Shown here in pieces: positions 63,365-64,000 of a stretch of 64,000 nt of DNA. Below the pieces are notes generated by a model. It saw nothing but the letters and a program-made list of their open reading frames with translations, was not told where the DNA came from and searched no databases. The stretch is taken from the NCBI GenBank assembly GCA_013265495.1, contig MU057887.1:197985-261984 (forward strand). Reading direction: 5' to 3'. Position 1 is the stretch's first letter. Every line of letters begins with the position of its first letter. Position numbers and translations under genes: made by a program. Source of the DNA: Vicugna vicugna (Eukaryota).

Positions 63365-63654
63365 CGGGGCAGCTCGCGGGGCGGGGCGGGGGCCGAGGCC
63401 ACCCGGCGGCGCGCCCCGAGCCGTGCAAGTTTGCAGGCCGGGGTGCGTGTGCGAGTGAGTGTGAGTGTGTGCCGGGGGAGGGGGGAGGAACAAAGAGCCA
63501 AGTAAACACGGCGAGTCCGTGTCGAGCAAAGCTCATAAATATTCAAGTCGCGTCCTAATCTCCCCAACACACACACGTACAAGCCGCAATACCGCTCGGG
63601 CTCCGGCCGCCACGCCGCTGCTCGCCCGAGCAACAATCGCCAAAACTACTTTTG

Positions 63655-63998
63655 CAAACTGTGCAGGATTGCACGGAGGGTGGGGGCTGGAGGGGGTCGG
63701 CGCACACACTCTCACACGCACCCCGGGCAGGCTCACGAAGGGGACCCTTCCCGGTACCCTCGCCCTGCAGACCCCGCTCGAGAAAGAGAAGATGCCGGGC
63801 TCGGGTCCCACGGGCCTCCAACCCCTCAAACTGTGCAGGATTGCAGGACAAGGCTACAGAGGGGACGCCCAGAGAGGGGTCCGTGCATGTACATACTCCC
63901 CTCACCTCTGAGGCAGGCTCAAGGAAGGGCCCTCCAGCCCTGCAGACCCTGCGACGAGGAGGAGGACACCGGGCTCCGGTGCCTGGAACCGCAACCCC
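63655..63998. repeat. Diverged ~172-bp tandem duplication in the promoter island
   Basis: Exact caaactgtgcaggattgca at 63655 and 63827, followed by collinear ggcaggctca, gccctgcagaccc, ccgggctc and caacccc in both copies. Confidence 0.8.
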
Positions 63999-64000
63999 GG

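Larger units (their letters stand above)
61690..64000. promoter_or_regulatory. CpG island / PHF21B promoter region (dense blocks ~61690-62420 and ~62780-64000)
   Basis: Very high GC and CpG density, many GGGGCGGGG GC boxes, ATTGG/CCAAT at 62358-62362 and a FOX-like GTAAACA at 63503-63509. It overlaps the first coding exons. Confidence 0.92.

Noticed and set aside
1..64000. Hundreds of 60-346 aa ORFs in the supplied track (e.g. 11332-12330, 32282-33322, 61530-62375)
   Set aside because: They are Pro/Gly/Arg/Ala-rich, overlap in all six frames, often start at non-ATG codons and show no recognisable domain. This is expected in GC-rich mammalian intron DNA.

Overview
Mammalian genomic DNA, most likely camelid given two tRNA-Ala-derived SINEs of the camelid (Vic-1-like) type. 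The window covers the 5' part of PHF21B on the minus strand. It holds a short alternative first coding exon (MRRQPQ, 63364-63347), coding exon 2 (63177-63112), a ~61 kb intron and coding exon 3 (2064-1972), all joined in phase 0 by GT-AG sites. The canonical MELQ... first exon should lie just beyond the right edge and exon 4 beyond the left edge. The rest is a promoter CpG island, intronic transposons (L1, MaLR/ERVL/ERV1 LTRs, MER58B, Tigger2-type MITEs, MIR, L2, SINEs), microsatellites and several AT-rich candidate enhancers. Nearly all supplied ORFs are spurious GC-rich reading frames, and I found no novel protein-coding system. The best leads are: (1) a perfect 21/21 REST RE1 site paired with a CTCF-like motif in a CpG-retaining patch, suggesting REST control of a paralog of its own co-repressor subunit; (2) the MRRQPQ exon as a likely ancestral internal microexon reused as a first exon; (3) an LTR-transcript 3' fragment retroposed by L1 machinery with a perfect 15-bp TSD; (4) an ~0.9 kb duplication across a gap whose ends share microhomology; (5) an old ~172-bp tandem duplication in the promoter. 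Gene and repeat-family names come from recall, not from database searches.
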